A stretch of 63,861 bases of DNA, counting the filler, from an uncultured Methanosarcinales archaeon (GTDB lineage: Archaea; Nanobdellota; Nanobdellia; Woesearchaeales; CAYSVS01): NCBI GenBank assembly GCA_964434475.1. It is 13 parts of 13 records of this genome, joined end to end, with 100 filler letters (N's around TTAATTAATTAA, not from the genome) between each part and the next. Parts side by side here need not be neighbours in the genome. Positions count along the whole stretch, not along the records: positions 51,081 to 55,480 come from CAYSVS010000083.1; positions 55,581 to 59,885 come from CAYSVS010000084.1; positions 59,986 to 63,861 come from CAYSVS010000087.1; 10 more parts are not named here. The stretch is one strand, 5' to 3'. Positions 52,465-62,963 of this stretch are shown here, one piece after another. The notes under the pieces were generated by a model. The model searched no databases. It was not told the origin of the DNA and saw only the letters and a program-made list of their open reading frames with translations. The position numbers and the translations under genes were made by a program. Each line of letters begins with the position of its first letter. Within the stretch, counting starts at the first letter, position 1.

Positions 52465-53853
52465 ATGAAAAATGTTGTATTGATTGATCCAAAAGGTATT
52501 CTAAAAGGTCTAAATTCAGGACTTGGCTATATTGCGGCAAACATTAAAGCAAATACAACAATAATTGATATGAATAATACTCAAGCGAAATTAATTAAAT
52601 ATACTGATAAAATTAAAAATGCAGACTTTGTAGGTATATCTATCAAGACCAGCACATATTCAGAATCATTAAAGATAATTAAAAAAATTAGACAGATAAA
52701 TCCAAATACCACAATTGTGGTTGGCGGACCGCACCCTACAATAGACGGGTATGATATGATTAAAAATAATGCTGAAATTGATATTTGCATATTAGGCGAA
52801 GGCGAAGAAATAGTAAATGAACTAATAACTAAACCTATTTCAAAAATTAAGGGCACCATATACAAGAAAAATAATAAAATATATGTTAATCCAGGATTTA
52901 ATGTAGTTAATGATCTAGACAAGTTAAACATCCCTGATTTTAAACAATTCAAAACTAAAATAGAATTTTATCCTTTAGTCACCAGCAGAGGGTGCCCATA
53001 CCAATGCACTTATTGTTCTGTTGGACAAGTATCAACAAGAAGATGGCGAAAGCGTAGCCCAGAATCAGTTATTGCTGAACTAAAAAATGCAAAAATAAAG
53101 TATAGATGCAATAAATTTGAGATTATCGATGATAACTTCACGCTTGATATGAACAGGGCAAAAAAAATATGCAAACTTTTAATTTCTGAAAATATTAATA
53201 TGGAATGGATTTGTCCTAATGGTATTCGAGCAGACAGACTAGATGACGAACTGGTTGGATTGATGAAGGAATCCGGGTGCTCATTGATTAATATTGGTGT
53301 TGAATCAGGTGTAGAAAAAATATTTGATTCAATTAAAAAAGGAGAAAAACTATCAGATGTTATAAGAGCAATAAAGCTAATTGCAAAGCATAATATAACA
53401 GTAAATGGATTTTTTATAATAGGTCTAAGTAATAGCAATTACGATAACGATATGAAATCATTGAAATTCTCAAAGAATCTACCACTAAATTCTGCTATTT
53501 GGAATCTTTTTGTACCCTACCCAAAAACCGAGATGTTTGATGCCCTAAAAAAGGATAAAAAAGCGAGATGGTTAAGAGACTGGAAAGAAGGGTTTCATTT
53601 TGGTGATAATATAAAAGTTGTTTTTGATAAGAAAAGCTATCCTGCAAAAAAGAAAATCAAAATGTATTATCTTGCAAATTTAAGATCAAATAATTACGGT
53701 ATGCTTGCAACACAAGGAAGTTTTATCAAAAGATTCTTAACCCTATCAAAAATAATCATAAAGTACGATATTACTAGAGCACCTTTGCACATAATAAAAG
53801 CCATAATACTATTTGTTAAATACAGAATAGTGAACAACATTAGAAAAAACTAA
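52465..53853 (+). CDS. B12-binding radical SAM protein
   Basis: GGPHPT, GEGE, TSRGCPYQCTYC, DDNF, GVESG, FFIIG. Confidence 0.93.
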   Translation: MKNVVLIDPKGILKGLNSGLGYIAANIKANTTIIDMNNTQAKLIKYTDKIKNADFVGISIKTSTYSESLKIIKKIRQINPNTTIVVGGPHPTIDGYDMIKNNAEIDICILGEGEEIVNELITKPISKIKGTIYKKNNKIYVNPGFNVVNDLDKLNIPDFKQFKTKIEFYPLVTSRGCPYQCTYCSVGQVSTRRWRKRSPESVIAELKNAKIKYRCNKFEIIDDNFTLDMNRAKKICKLLISENINMEWICPNGIRADRLDDELVGLMKESGCSLINIGVESGVEKIFDSIKKGEKLSDVIRAIKLIAKHNITVNGFFIIGLSNSNYDNDMKSLKFSKNLPLNSAIWNLFVPYPKTEMFDALKKDKKARWLRDWKEGFHFGDNIKVVFDKKSYPAKKKIKMYYLANLRSNNYGMLATQGSFIKRFLTLSKIIIKYDITRAPLHIIKAIILFVKYRIVNNIRKN

Positions 53854-53963
53854 AATATATAACATATAAATAAATAAAAAAATTATAGGTCCAATAATTA
53901 ATTCTATATTCAAAATAATACCAAAATCAAGAATGTATCAAATAATAATCTGTAAGAAATAAG

Positions 53964-55480
53964 TTATTTTATCATTTCATTAATGATTTTTGCAACCCTT
54001 TCTGAAGCTTTTCCATCCTGTTTGTATGCATGATTAAAAATATATTCTTCTCTTTTTTCAGTCAACTTTTTTCTAAATGCATCATCTGTTAAAATCTTAT
54101 TTAAGGCAAATACCAATTCATCTTTACTTTTAGCGCCTAATGCAACACCATCATTAACATAATTTTGATAGTAGGGCAAAGAAGTCATATTAACATCAAT
54201 TACTGGTTTATTTAATAAAAGAGCCTCAAGCCCTACAGTAGAACCACATACTATAACACATTCAGAAATAGAAATCAAAGGATGCAACATATTAAGATCA
54301 TCTATAATAATTGCATCATAGTTTAATCTCTTCAAAAGTTTCTTATACAAATCAGGCTTCTCCTCAGGATGCAACTTTATAACCAATTTATAATCAGGAT
54401 ATTTTTTCATAGATTCTATTACTGCATAAGCAACTCTGTCCCTTATATCGTGCGGATAATGTATTGTAGCATAAGTTATTATCTTTTTACCTCTTAGATT
54501 ATATTTATCCAATAGTTCACTCTTTAAATTATTAGCCACAGCCAAATCATCCCATGCAGGATTACCAGTAACATAAATTCTTTTTTCATCAGCACCTAAA
54601 TTTAAGAATATCTGTTTATAAAATTCTCCAAACATCGCAAACCTATCACTCTGTGGTTTCCAATAAAGCATATTCTCTCCAAATGTTCCATGCATAACAA
54701 ATAATGTCTTAACATTATATTTTTTCGCATACATAAGTGCCACCTTAAAATTTCGTTTAGCTTCTGCCATAATTATCATCAATTTAGGTTTATAATCTGA
54801 AAAATATTTATCAAGTACCTCAATATAAAATGCAGACTTCAAATAAGCATAATATTTTAAATAATCAAATAAATCAATTAAACTTTCTCCAATATTAACG
54901 TTTTTATATTCTGTTCCCTTTCCAAGCTTAATGTGTTTTATCTTTTCAGAAAATGTTCTTATATCTTGAACCATCTCCTTATCTAATAGCTCTTTCACAG
55001 ATGTAGAATCAAAAGAATAATCCATTTCAAAATCATTAATTTTTAATATCTTCAATCTATCCTTAAATTTATCCAAAAAACCTATTGAATATTTAAAACC
55101 TCTTTCTTTTCCAAAAAACACAATATCTTTTTTTGTAATAACGGATTCTACAGGTTTTAAAGAATTAACAAATCTCTTTCCCAATCTTTTTAAAATAAAT
55201 GGAACAAGTATTCTAAAAACAAATGCCTTACTTTTTGATAAAATTCCTGATCTATCTGTAACTCTAGGATCATCAAAATTATTCAAAAGCTTACCAAATT
55301 CAGTCGACCTATCAAATATTATTATTTTATCACAAGCTTTTTCTTTCAATATCTTATGCAATGATTCAATCTTATATATTTGAGGTTTTAAAAAAGAATA
55401 AAATATGTCTAATTCTTCAGTATGCCACAATAATTGATCCTTGTATTTAATCGCAAGCGATTTATTATTTAAAGGCAAAT
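53964..55480 (-). CDS. GT-B-fold surface-glycan protein (CDP-glycerol transferase/capsule biosynthesis-like), 5' partial
   Basis: MHG, VTGNP, IKLHPEE, STVGLEALLLNKPVI, DGKASER. Confidence 0.7.
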
Positions 55481-55859
55481 NNNNNNNNNNNNNNNNNNNN
55501 NNNNNNNNNNNNNNNNNNNNNNNNTTAATTAATTAANNNNNNNNNNNNNNNNNNNNNNNNNNNNNNNNNNNNNNNNNNNNCTCTTGTAGGAAAAAGAGGG
55601 ATAAAGTCAAAGGGTAGTTTTGGTTGTTAGGTGAGGGGCTTGAGGTGAATGCAAGATGTTGAATTTTCAGTCTTTTTAAGCCTTTGCATGTCTTTAACTT
55701 TTCTTTGCAAAACACCAGAGGCTTGAAATTTAATCTTTTTTCTAAATATCTTAAAACCACCTGTTAAAATAAAAATTTTACACTTATCATCTTCTATCCT
55801 TGTTAAGAAATTATAAATTATTTTATAATAATAGCTCGGTTTTTAACAGGAGGTGGGTT

Positions 55860-56471
55860 ATGGCAAGTTTAGTAACTTTTGACGGTACTGCCGTCAAGGT
55901 CAACAATCAGATTGAAGGCGATGTTCATTTAGTTCATTTTGATAGAAGGGTAGCTGCCATAAGAGACAATGTCATTGGAGAAGGGGCTCAGGTAACTATT
56001 ATTCAACAAGCGCCGGAATCTCGCTCTGTTAGAAAAGCTAGGGAAAGAGCTGAAAGAGAGCAGGCTGTTTTAGATAGGGCTTATGAGCTCTTACTTATGA
56101 TAAGAGATCCTGATATGCCGGTAGACGGGAAGAATTTTCGTGCAAAAGAAGAAGAGCTTGGAGCTTTAGTCTACCGTATTCAAAAGGATACGCCTAAGGA
56201 ATATTATACAACATCGAATGAAGGGATATTAGAAGGTAGCGCTTTAACGCCAATCGAATTTGTAAAACGACTTGATAAAGAATTTTTTACCCAATCTGAA
56301 CGTAGCTACATATATTATGAGGATGCGGGCTATGAGACCGAATTAGCCCAGGTTAAATTTAATGCCGGAGCAGTGCCTAGATTGTTATATTTTGCTTTGC
56401 ATTTATATTTGGACAAACATGATTTAATGCCAGGACGTTATTATAAGCCAAAACATTGTATGATTTTATAA
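55860..56471 (+). CDS. Hypothetical protein
   Basis: AGGAGG RBS before ATG 55860. Confidence 0.6.
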   Translation: MASLVTFDGTAVKVNNQIEGDVHLVHFDRRVAAIRDNVIGEGAQVTIIQQAPESRSVRKARERAEREQAVLDRAYELLLMIRDPDMPVDGKNFRAKEEELGALVYRIQKDTPKEYYTTSNEGILEGSALTPIEFVKRLDKEFFTQSERSYIYYEDAGYETELAQVKFNAGAVPRLLYFALHLYLDKHDLMPGRYYKPKHCMIL

Positions 56472-56480
56472 TAAAGACCT

Positions 56481-57224
56481 TTATTTTTTTCTTTTTGTCA
56501 ATGTAATAGATTCAAGAGTGTTCAAAAGATCAGGTTTTTCTTGTGTTAGTTTTGTCCGAAGTTCATATTCAATTAATTCTTTAAGTTTATCAGTTGTTGT
56601 AAATCCCTTTAAAAACCCATTATCACCCGCCTGTTGCGGGGTAAGATGATTATTTTTATCCTTAGCGAATTGATTTAATGTTTTATAAAATTCTGTACGT
56701 TTCTGTTCTTCATTAAGCTTTGTATTTGCTAAAACCTGTTGCAAACTATTCATAATTCCGCCTTCTTTTGTTAACTCCTTCCTTTTGTCTTGTTCTGTAG
56801 GCGTTGGAGTTAAAGACATTGTTCTAGGATTAGGAGAAGATCCTGGCCTTAGAGCATGCCCATAAAATTGTATATAGGTCTGCATTGATTGAAATAGACT
56901 ATTTGCTTGATCGGCGGCTTCTTGAACCGGAACCGGTATTTCTACAGATTCATTTTGACTGTTTAGGACTGTAATTTTATCTGCGTCGAGCTTTGCAGTT
57001 ATGGTCCCGGTAATCTCACCTTTTGTGTGTGTGTATTGTCTTATAATATGTTCTGCTAATGCTGCAATAGCAGTTTTAATGTTATCTTCCGCACCACCGT
57101 CTTTAGGCTTTTCTACAGAAAATGTATAAATTTTGTCACCAATTTTTAATTGCCCTGTGATTCTATTATCAGAAGGAGGCTGTTGCGGAGGTCCCCCAGG
57201 AGGAGTGCTTTCAATTCCCGACAT
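56481..57224 (-). CDS. Hypothetical protein with Ser/Pro-rich N-terminus (type III effector-like)
   Basis: MSGIESTPPGGPPQQPPS; AAGGA RBS. Confidence 0.55.
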   Translation of the reverse strand: MSGIESTPPGGPPQQPPSDNRITGQLKIGDKIYTFSVEKPKDGGAEDNIKTAIAALAEHIIRQYTHTKGEITGTITAKLDADKITVLNSQNESVEIPVPVQEAADQANSLFQSMQTYIQFYGHALRPGSSPNPRTMSLTPTPTEQDKRKELTKEGGIMNSLQQVLANTKLNEEQKRTEFYKTLNQFAKDKNNHLTPQQAGDNGFLKGFTTTDKLKELIEYELRTKLTQEKPDLLNTLESITLTKRKK

Positions 57225-57357
57225 AATTGAATCCTTATTATTGTCCCTAAAATTTACTCTTATCGGAAAATGATTTTTTTTGAAACGAAAATTTTTAGAA
57301 CAAAAATTGGGAAGAGTAACTGTTCTAGATTATTGCGATTTAAACATTTGAGTCTGT

Positions 57358-58053
57358 TTATACTAAAGGCGGATGTTGTATTTTGATCATTACTTGGCTT
57401 AGAACAATTTTGATTCGTTTTTGAGGCGGATGACCAACTTCTGCAAGTTTTTTGTCTGCTTCTTTTGGATCTTCTGTTTCATACAGTTTTTTTCGAACTT
57501 CATTTAAAATTAGTTCTTTGAGCTTTTCTTCATTGAAAAAAGCTTCTAAAAACAATTCGTGATCCTCAAATGTTGGCAATTCTTCTATTTTTAAATCTTC
57601 AGAATCCAAAAGCTTAGCTAGTTGATGATAAGACCCTTCTTTTTTAGTGAATTCTAAATGCAGGTCGTCTGGCAAATTTTTTAACTTTTCCCTCCAAAAT
57701 AATCCATCTGCTATCTCTTCAAAAAAAGTAAAAGGTTCTTCTGTATCGGTTTTGACTTGTACGGTTTTGTGTAAATGCGAATAAGAATATTTTGAGCGTC
57801 CTACAATTTCAATTTTAACTTCTGATAGGTCATGCCAGCTAATTAAAGCAGTTAACACCCAAGGAGGTTGAGATAAAGAAACTTTATTGAGAATCTCATC
57901 GCAGATGATTTTAAGTAAAATGTCAGGAGCTTTGGTAAAGTGAGTAGCTACCCATTCATTTTTGGCATCATCTTCGATTAAGATGTTCTTTTCACCAGAA
58001 TTTGATTTTTTCGCTTTTCTTTGATTTATAAGTTCATTTACATCTACATTCAT
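57358..58053 (-). CDS. Hypothetical protein
   Basis: 231-aa ORF. Confidence 0.6.
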   Translation of the reverse strand: MNVDVNELINQRKAKKSNSGEKNILIEDDAKNEWVATHFTKAPDILLKIICDEILNKVSLSQPPWVLTALISWHDLSEVKIEIVGRSKYSYSHLHKTVQVKTDTEEPFTFFEEIADGLFWREKLKNLPDDLHLEFTKKEGSYHQLAKLLDSEDLKIEELPTFEDHELFLEAFFNEEKLKELILNEVRKKLYETEDPKEADKKLAEVGHPPQKRIKIVLSQVMIKIQHPPLV

Positions 58054-58258
58054 GAGTAACTCGCCTTTTAGTAAGGCTCCCCATAAATTTTACTTTATTT
58101 ACGGATGAAATATTTTTGTAAAGAAAATATTATTGTGAGGTGACTTCTTAAATCATTAAAATCGTTAAATGTTTTATAGAGTGTGCCATATGTGTGCCAT
58201 CTCAATATTGTTATTTTCTTATCTGTTTAACAATTAGAACTATTACCTATCAACTTCA

Positions 58259-58314
58259 AGGGATTGTAAATCCCTCGACTTCGGTCTACGTTGGTTCGAG
58301 TCCAACCGCCCCCA
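58259..58314 (+). pseudogene. 3' fragment of tRNA-Tyr(GTA), att-site remnant
   Basis: AGGGA-TTGTAAA-TCCCT, long variable arm GAC-TTCG-GTC, GTTGG-TTCGAGT-CCAAC, CGCCCCCA; no 5' acceptor strand or D arm. Confidence 0.85.
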
Positions 58315-58492
58315 AATCTTTAATTCTAAAACTTTTAATCACATAAGAAAGAAAGGACAGAGTTGATTAAAATCTTTAAATTACGCAAAAATTACGCACT
58401 TGGCTGGATGAAAATGGATTAAACTGGACTAAATCTATTTGAACTAAAAAATTGTAAATTTTTATTATCTGTAATAAAGGGAGTACTAAATA

Positions 58493-59578
58493 TTGGCTTC
58501 ATCTTTTCATCCAATTAGAGATTCATTAGAAGGGATAAAAGCTCATATTCCACATCTTAATCTTGAAGATCAACTTATCGATTTTGCAATATATTTGCCG
58601 GAAAATTTATCTTTTCCTTTTTCTGGTGTAATTGCTTTTCAAGTTGGTGATAGCCCTGTTGTACAAGCTTGTTATTGTCCTGGACAAGTTGAATTTACAG
58701 ATGATCAGCCTTTTAACGTTCTTTCAGTTGGAAAATTGTTCACCGCGACTGCTATCATGCAATTAATTGAAGAAGAAAAACTTTCGTTAACAACTACTTT
58801 AAGTGAGTTGCTTACAGATAAAGAGCTTGATGTACCACTAAGCCCTCCTTATTCAGAAGAGAATCCAAGTCCACCTGTTCTTAGAAAAGATGTTGGAGAA
58901 ATTACAATTGAACAGCTTTTAACGCATAGATCTGGTTTAGGGCGTATGGAAAAGACAGATCCCAGAGAAAGTTTTAATTCGAACCAAATTGGAAAAGTTA
59001 ATTATTCTAACTTTGGTTATCAGCTAATGGCTAGCATTATAGGTAAATATTCAGATGACGGAGATGCTTTAGATTATGAGAAAGGTTTTCGTAGTCATAT
59101 TGAAAGAAGAATTTTTAAACCCGCTGATATGGAGGGAGCTATTCGAGAAATTCATTCTCCTCAAAGACAACTTGAATGTTTTGAAGTAATAGAAAAAGAA
59201 AATCCAGTAAAAATTATAGATTCAGAAAATCCAGCTCCGTACCCGCATGGTAATGGTTGTTGGACTATGACAGCTAGCGATCTTTTAGCCTTTGAAAGGG
59301 CAATACGCCAGCATGATGTACTTATTAAATCAGAAACGTTGCAAGTTATGAAACAACATGAACCTAAACCTTTAGGTTTTATGCGTGATTTAAAAAATGA
59401 GTCCATAATTGGATATGGTCATTCAGGTATTGGTGAAGGTATGTCTTCTGTTCTTTGGACTTGGGAAACCGATCCTCCTATTACAGCTGCTGTATTATCT
59501 AATTATCACAATAAGGTTAAGGATCTCAAAGACTATAAAGATGTAAAAACTGAACTTGATAGATTCCTGCAAGTATAA
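58493..59578 (+). CDS. Serine hydrolase, beta-lactamase class C-like fold
   Basis: SVGK, LLTHRSGL, YSNFGY, GHSG. Confidence 0.88.
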   Translation: MASSFHPIRDSLEGIKAHIPHLNLEDQLIDFAIYLPENLSFPFSGVIAFQVGDSPVVQACYCPGQVEFTDDQPFNVLSVGKLFTATAIMQLIEEEKLSLTTTLSELLTDKELDVPLSPPYSEENPSPPVLRKDVGEITIEQLLTHRSGLGRMEKTDPRESFNSNQIGKVNYSNFGYQLMASIIGKYSDDGDALDYEKGFRSHIERRIFKPADMEGAIREIHSPQRQLECFEVIEKENPVKIIDSENPAPYPHGNGCWTMTASDLLAFERAIRQHDVLIKSETLQVMKQHEPKPLGFMRDLKNESIIGYGHSGIGEGMSSVLWTWETDPPITAAVLSNYHNKVKDLKDYKDVKTELDRFLQV

Positions 59579-59587
59579 TTTGTTATT

Positions 59588-59837
59588 AATGGAAGTTATA
59601 TGGTTCATCCCGATTATCAGGGTAAGAAGATAGTATATCAGATGGTGATTCATTCCATGGAAGAAGCTAAATGTTTAGGATTTAAAGCTATGCAATATAA
59701 TCTTGTGGTATCGACAAATATTCCGGCTATTAAATTATATCAAAAAACTGGCTTTAAGATAGTTGGAACGATACCTAAAGCATTTAATCACCTAAAACTT
59801 GGTTATGTAGATGGCTATATAATGTATCGATTTTTAT
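59588..59837 (+). pseudogene. 5'-truncated duplicate of the GNAT gene at 28443-28931
   Basis: 250 bp matching 28680-28929 with two substitutions seen. Confidence 0.9.
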
Positions 59838-59885
59838 CAAAAAAAACACCAGCAAAACCTGCTCCTTTAGGGGCGGGATAAGCTG
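59838..59885 (+). mobile_element. IS200/IS605 left end after a TTTAT target
   Basis: TTTAT|CAAAAAAAAC..; hairpin CCTGCTCC-TTTA-GGGGCGGG resembling the right-end hairpin at 29006-29027. Confidence 0.75.
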
Positions 59886-59985
59886 NNNNNNNNNNNNNNN
59901 NNNNNNNNNNNNNNNNNNNNNNNNNNNNNTTAATTAATTAANNNNNNNNNNNNNNNNNNNNNNNNNNNNNNNNNNNNNNNNNNNN

Positions 59986-60535
59986 TGTCCTTTTGTTTTT
60001 GTTCCTCTAAATTTAATTCCTTTAAGGATGAGGGTTTCATTTGCTTATTATAGCTTGAATGAAGTTTTTCTGCATTCTGCCATTGAGTTGAAAACCCAGT
60101 TGTTGCTGATACCGGTACTTCAAGTATTTGTCTTGTATTTTCAGTCATTGAATAGTTTAAAGATACAGAGAATCTTTCCATGAAGGTAGTATCTAATCCA
60201 AGCTCTGTTTCTCCGGGAAGTGATGACTTCAGATTATCTTTACCCCTTGAGATTGGAGATTGTATCTCCCCATTGGATAAGCCATAACTGGCTATTGCAA
60301 GACCAATAGCATAGCCGGAGCCAGACATTCTAACAAATTGTTCTGCAGATATATTTGAAACAATAAAGGATGTCCCAATTGCCCACCAGTTTAATGCTTT
60401 ACTGGAAAGAAAATAATCGCTGGTATTTTTCTTATGGCCTTTCTTTTCTCTTGACATGTAAATGGCCACACCCAATACAAGGACAGCGTATAGTCCGAAA
60501 ACAATATAATCGATTGTAACAAATTGGTTGCCCAT
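59986..60535 (-). pseudogene. Sodium:solute symporter N-terminus fused to a SusC-like fragment
   Basis: DYFL..WWAIGTS..SNISAEQF..MSGSGY..GLAIASY then ETELGLD..QILEVPVSATTGFSTQWQNA. Confidence 0.7.
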
Positions 60536-60554
60536 AATCTTTTTGAATTTCAGA

Positions 60555-61727
60555 TTAAATATCTATTTTTCTTGCTCCATCTTTAATGTTTGTGATATAG
60601 AATTCTGGTTTTAACCCTGTTTTTTTCTCATAACTTTCACTCACTTGCGTAATGAATTTTTCAATTCTATCATTTTTGACTAGTGAAATTGTGCATCCTC
60701 CAAAGCCTGCTCCTGTCATCCTGGAACCCAGGACTCCATTAATTTTTAATGCTTCTTCAACTAAAGTATCAAGTTCAAATCCTGTTACTTCATAATCATC
60801 GCGTAATGATTTATGAGACTCATTCATTAATCTACCAAATGATACTGCATCTTCTGATTTTAGTGCCTTTGTGGCAGCTATAACACGTTTGTTTTCTGAA
60901 ACAACGTGATGAACCCTTTTGCGTAATACAGGATTTGGAATTCTATCTTGAATTTCCATATATTCTGCATAATCAATTTTACCCAGGTTTTTATATATTT
61001 TTCCATTTTGGTTCAGATATTGAAGGGCTAGTTCACACTCTCTGCGTCTCTCATTATACTTTGAATTGGTTAGTTTTCTTGTTTTATTTGTATTGGTTAT
61101 GATTAGTTTATAACCATCAAGGTGAACAGGTATAAGTTCATAATTTAAAGTTTCGGTGTTCAGAAATACTGCGTGATTTGCCTTTCCCATACCAACTGCA
61201 AACTGATCCATTATACCACAACTCACTCCAACAAATTCATTTTCAGCCTTTTGGCTCATTTTTATTAAATCGAGCACTGAGTGTCCTAATAGGTACATTT
61301 CATTCAGAGCAACAGCGGTCACCATTTCAATTGAAGCTGAAGATGAAAGCCCAACTCCTGGTGGTATACTGCCCGAATACATACATTCAAGCCCATTACG
61401 TGGTTTGTTTTCTTGCTGCCAGAGTTGGTTAATAACTCCTAAGGGATAGTTAACCCATTCGCCATCATGTTTTTCAGTTATTTTTTCTTTGGGTATTTTG
61501 GTTGCATAATCAAATTCTGTCGAAGTAAGTGATATGTTGTCTTCCCTTGTCTTACGGATTATAAGATAAGTTCCGTAGTCAAGAGAACATGGCAATACAT
61601 ACCCTCCATTATAATCCGTGTGTTCACCTATTAAATTTACACGTCCCGGAGCAAAAAAAACAGAAACGTCTTCATTGTTATTGCCGTATATTTCTTTAAA
61701 TTTTCTCATTAAAGCTTTAATGTCCAT
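60555..61727 (-). CDS. galK: Galactokinase
   Basis: PGRVNLIGEHTDYNGG, PPGVGLSSSAS, CGIMDQF, GSRMTGAGFGG. Confidence 0.97.
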   Translation of the reverse strand: MDIKALMRKFKEIYGNNNEDVSVFFAPGRVNLIGEHTDYNGGYVLPCSLDYGTYLIIRKTREDNISLTSTEFDYATKIPKEKITEKHDGEWVNYPLGVINQLWQQENKPRNGLECMYSGSIPPGVGLSSSASIEMVTAVALNEMYLLGHSVLDLIKMSQKAENEFVGVSCGIMDQFAVGMGKANHAVFLNTETLNYELIPVHLDGYKLIITNTNKTRKLTNSKYNERRRECELALQYLNQNGKIYKNLGKIDYAEYMEIQDRIPNPVLRKRVHHVVSENKRVIAATKALKSEDAVSFGRLMNESHKSLRDDYEVTGFELDTLVEEALKINGVLGSRMTGAGFGGCTISLVKNDRIEKFITQVSESYEKKTGLKPEFYITNIKDGARKIDI

Positions 61728-61796
61728 TTAACGTGAGATTTATTATATAATCGTTTCGATTTTATTTATTAGTTTTCTTACGTCCACCATTCGAAC

Positions 61797-62927
61797 TTAT
61801 TCCGTTAAAAATTTATAGATAGTGGTTTGTTTATATTTTTCTCCTGGCCTTAACACTGTTGAAGGAAATTCAGGTTGATTGGGAGAATCAGGAAAATGCT
61901 GTGCTTCAAGACAGAATGCAGTTCTGTGTTTATATTTGATGTCATTTCTTCCTTCTTCTTCTCCATCCAGAAAGTTTCCTGAGTAAAACTGTAATCCCGG
62001 TTCAGTTGTATAAACTACCATTATTCTTCCGGTTTCCAGCTCTTTTACTTTTGCCGCTAATGTCATTTTACCTTGTTCAGGTTTATTTAATACCCAGTTA
62101 TGATCATATCCTTTTCCCTTCTTTAACTGATCATAATCAGCATTAATATCTGCTCCTATTTTTTTTGGTTTTGTGAAGTCCATTGGTGTGTCTTTTACAC
62201 TTCTTATCTCTCCTGTTGGAATGAGCGAACTATCTACCGGGAGAAAATTGTCTGCATTTATGCTCATTTCATGTTCTGTAATTTTGCTTTTTCCGCCATC
62301 TTTTAGGTTGAAAAATGAATGGTGTGTTAGGTTTATTATGGTTTTTTTGTCTGTAGTTGCTGTATACTCAATTCGTAATTCATTATCATCAGTCCATGTA
62401 TAAACCATAGTAATCTCCATGTTCCCCGGGTATCCTTCTTCTCCGTCTTTACTAAGGTAAGACAGCTCTAGTGCTTCAGAATCGTTGTGCTTTATTTTCT
62501 TTGCTTCCCATATGACATTATTGAATCCACCAGGTCCTCCATGCAAGTGATTTTGATTATCATTCTTTGGTAATTCATACGTTTTATCATCCAGATCAAA
62601 CTTTCCCTCTGCAATTCTATTGGCATATCGGCCTATTGCGGCTCCAAAATAAGGGTCTCCATCAAGATATTCTTCAGCGGAATCATATCCCAGGACAACA
62701 TTATTTTTATTTCCTGTTTTATCAGGAACAATAATGGACATTATCTTAGCCCCGTAATTTGTGACTTTTATTTTGTTTCCCTTAGAATTTGTCAAAGTGA
62801 AAACTTTCAAATCATTCTTCATACTATTCTCGTTTTGTTGATTTCTCTTTTCATTGCAGCTTTTCAAAAACATTAATATTACTGCGGCGAACAGGATAAA
62901 TACTTGGTGTTTGTATTGATAAGTCAT
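61797..62927 (-). CDS. galM: Aldose 1-epimerase (galactose mutarotase), possible lipoprotein
   Basis: GRYANRI, HLHGG, NLTHHSFFNL, GYDHN, FCLEAQHFPDSPN. Confidence 0.95.
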   Translation of the reverse strand: MTYQYKHQVFILFAAVILMFLKSCNEKRNQQNENSMKNDLKVFTLTNSKGNKIKVTNYGAKIMSIIVPDKTGNKNNVVLGYDSAEEYLDGDPYFGAAIGRYANRIAEGKFDLDDKTYELPKNDNQNHLHGGPGGFNNVIWEAKKIKHNDSEALELSYLSKDGEEGYPGNMEITMVYTWTDDNELRIEYTATTDKKTIINLTHHSFFNLKDGGKSKITEHEMSINADNFLPVDSSLIPTGEIRSVKDTPMDFTKPKKIGADINADYDQLKKGKGYDHNWVLNKPEQGKMTLAAKVKELETGRIMVVYTTEPGLQFYSGNFLDGEEEGRNDIKYKHRTAFCLEAQHFPDSPNQPEFPSTVLRPGEKYKQTTIYKFLTE

Positions 62928-62963
62928 TTGAATCGCTGTGTTTTGGTTAATGATTGTTAGAAT

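Noticed and set aside
58259..58314. Functional or split tRNA-Tyr
   Set aside because: No 5' half or complementary leader; bacterial context and flanking repeats fit an att remnant.
58493..59578. Antibiotic-resistance beta-lactamase
   Set aside because: The motifs are shared across the broad serine hydrolase family; substrate cannot be inferred.
5727..59985. Recurrent TTAATTAATTAA palindrome in N-runs, and ORFs crossing it (ending ..XXXLIN)
   Set aside because: Artificial contig linker with stops in all six frames.
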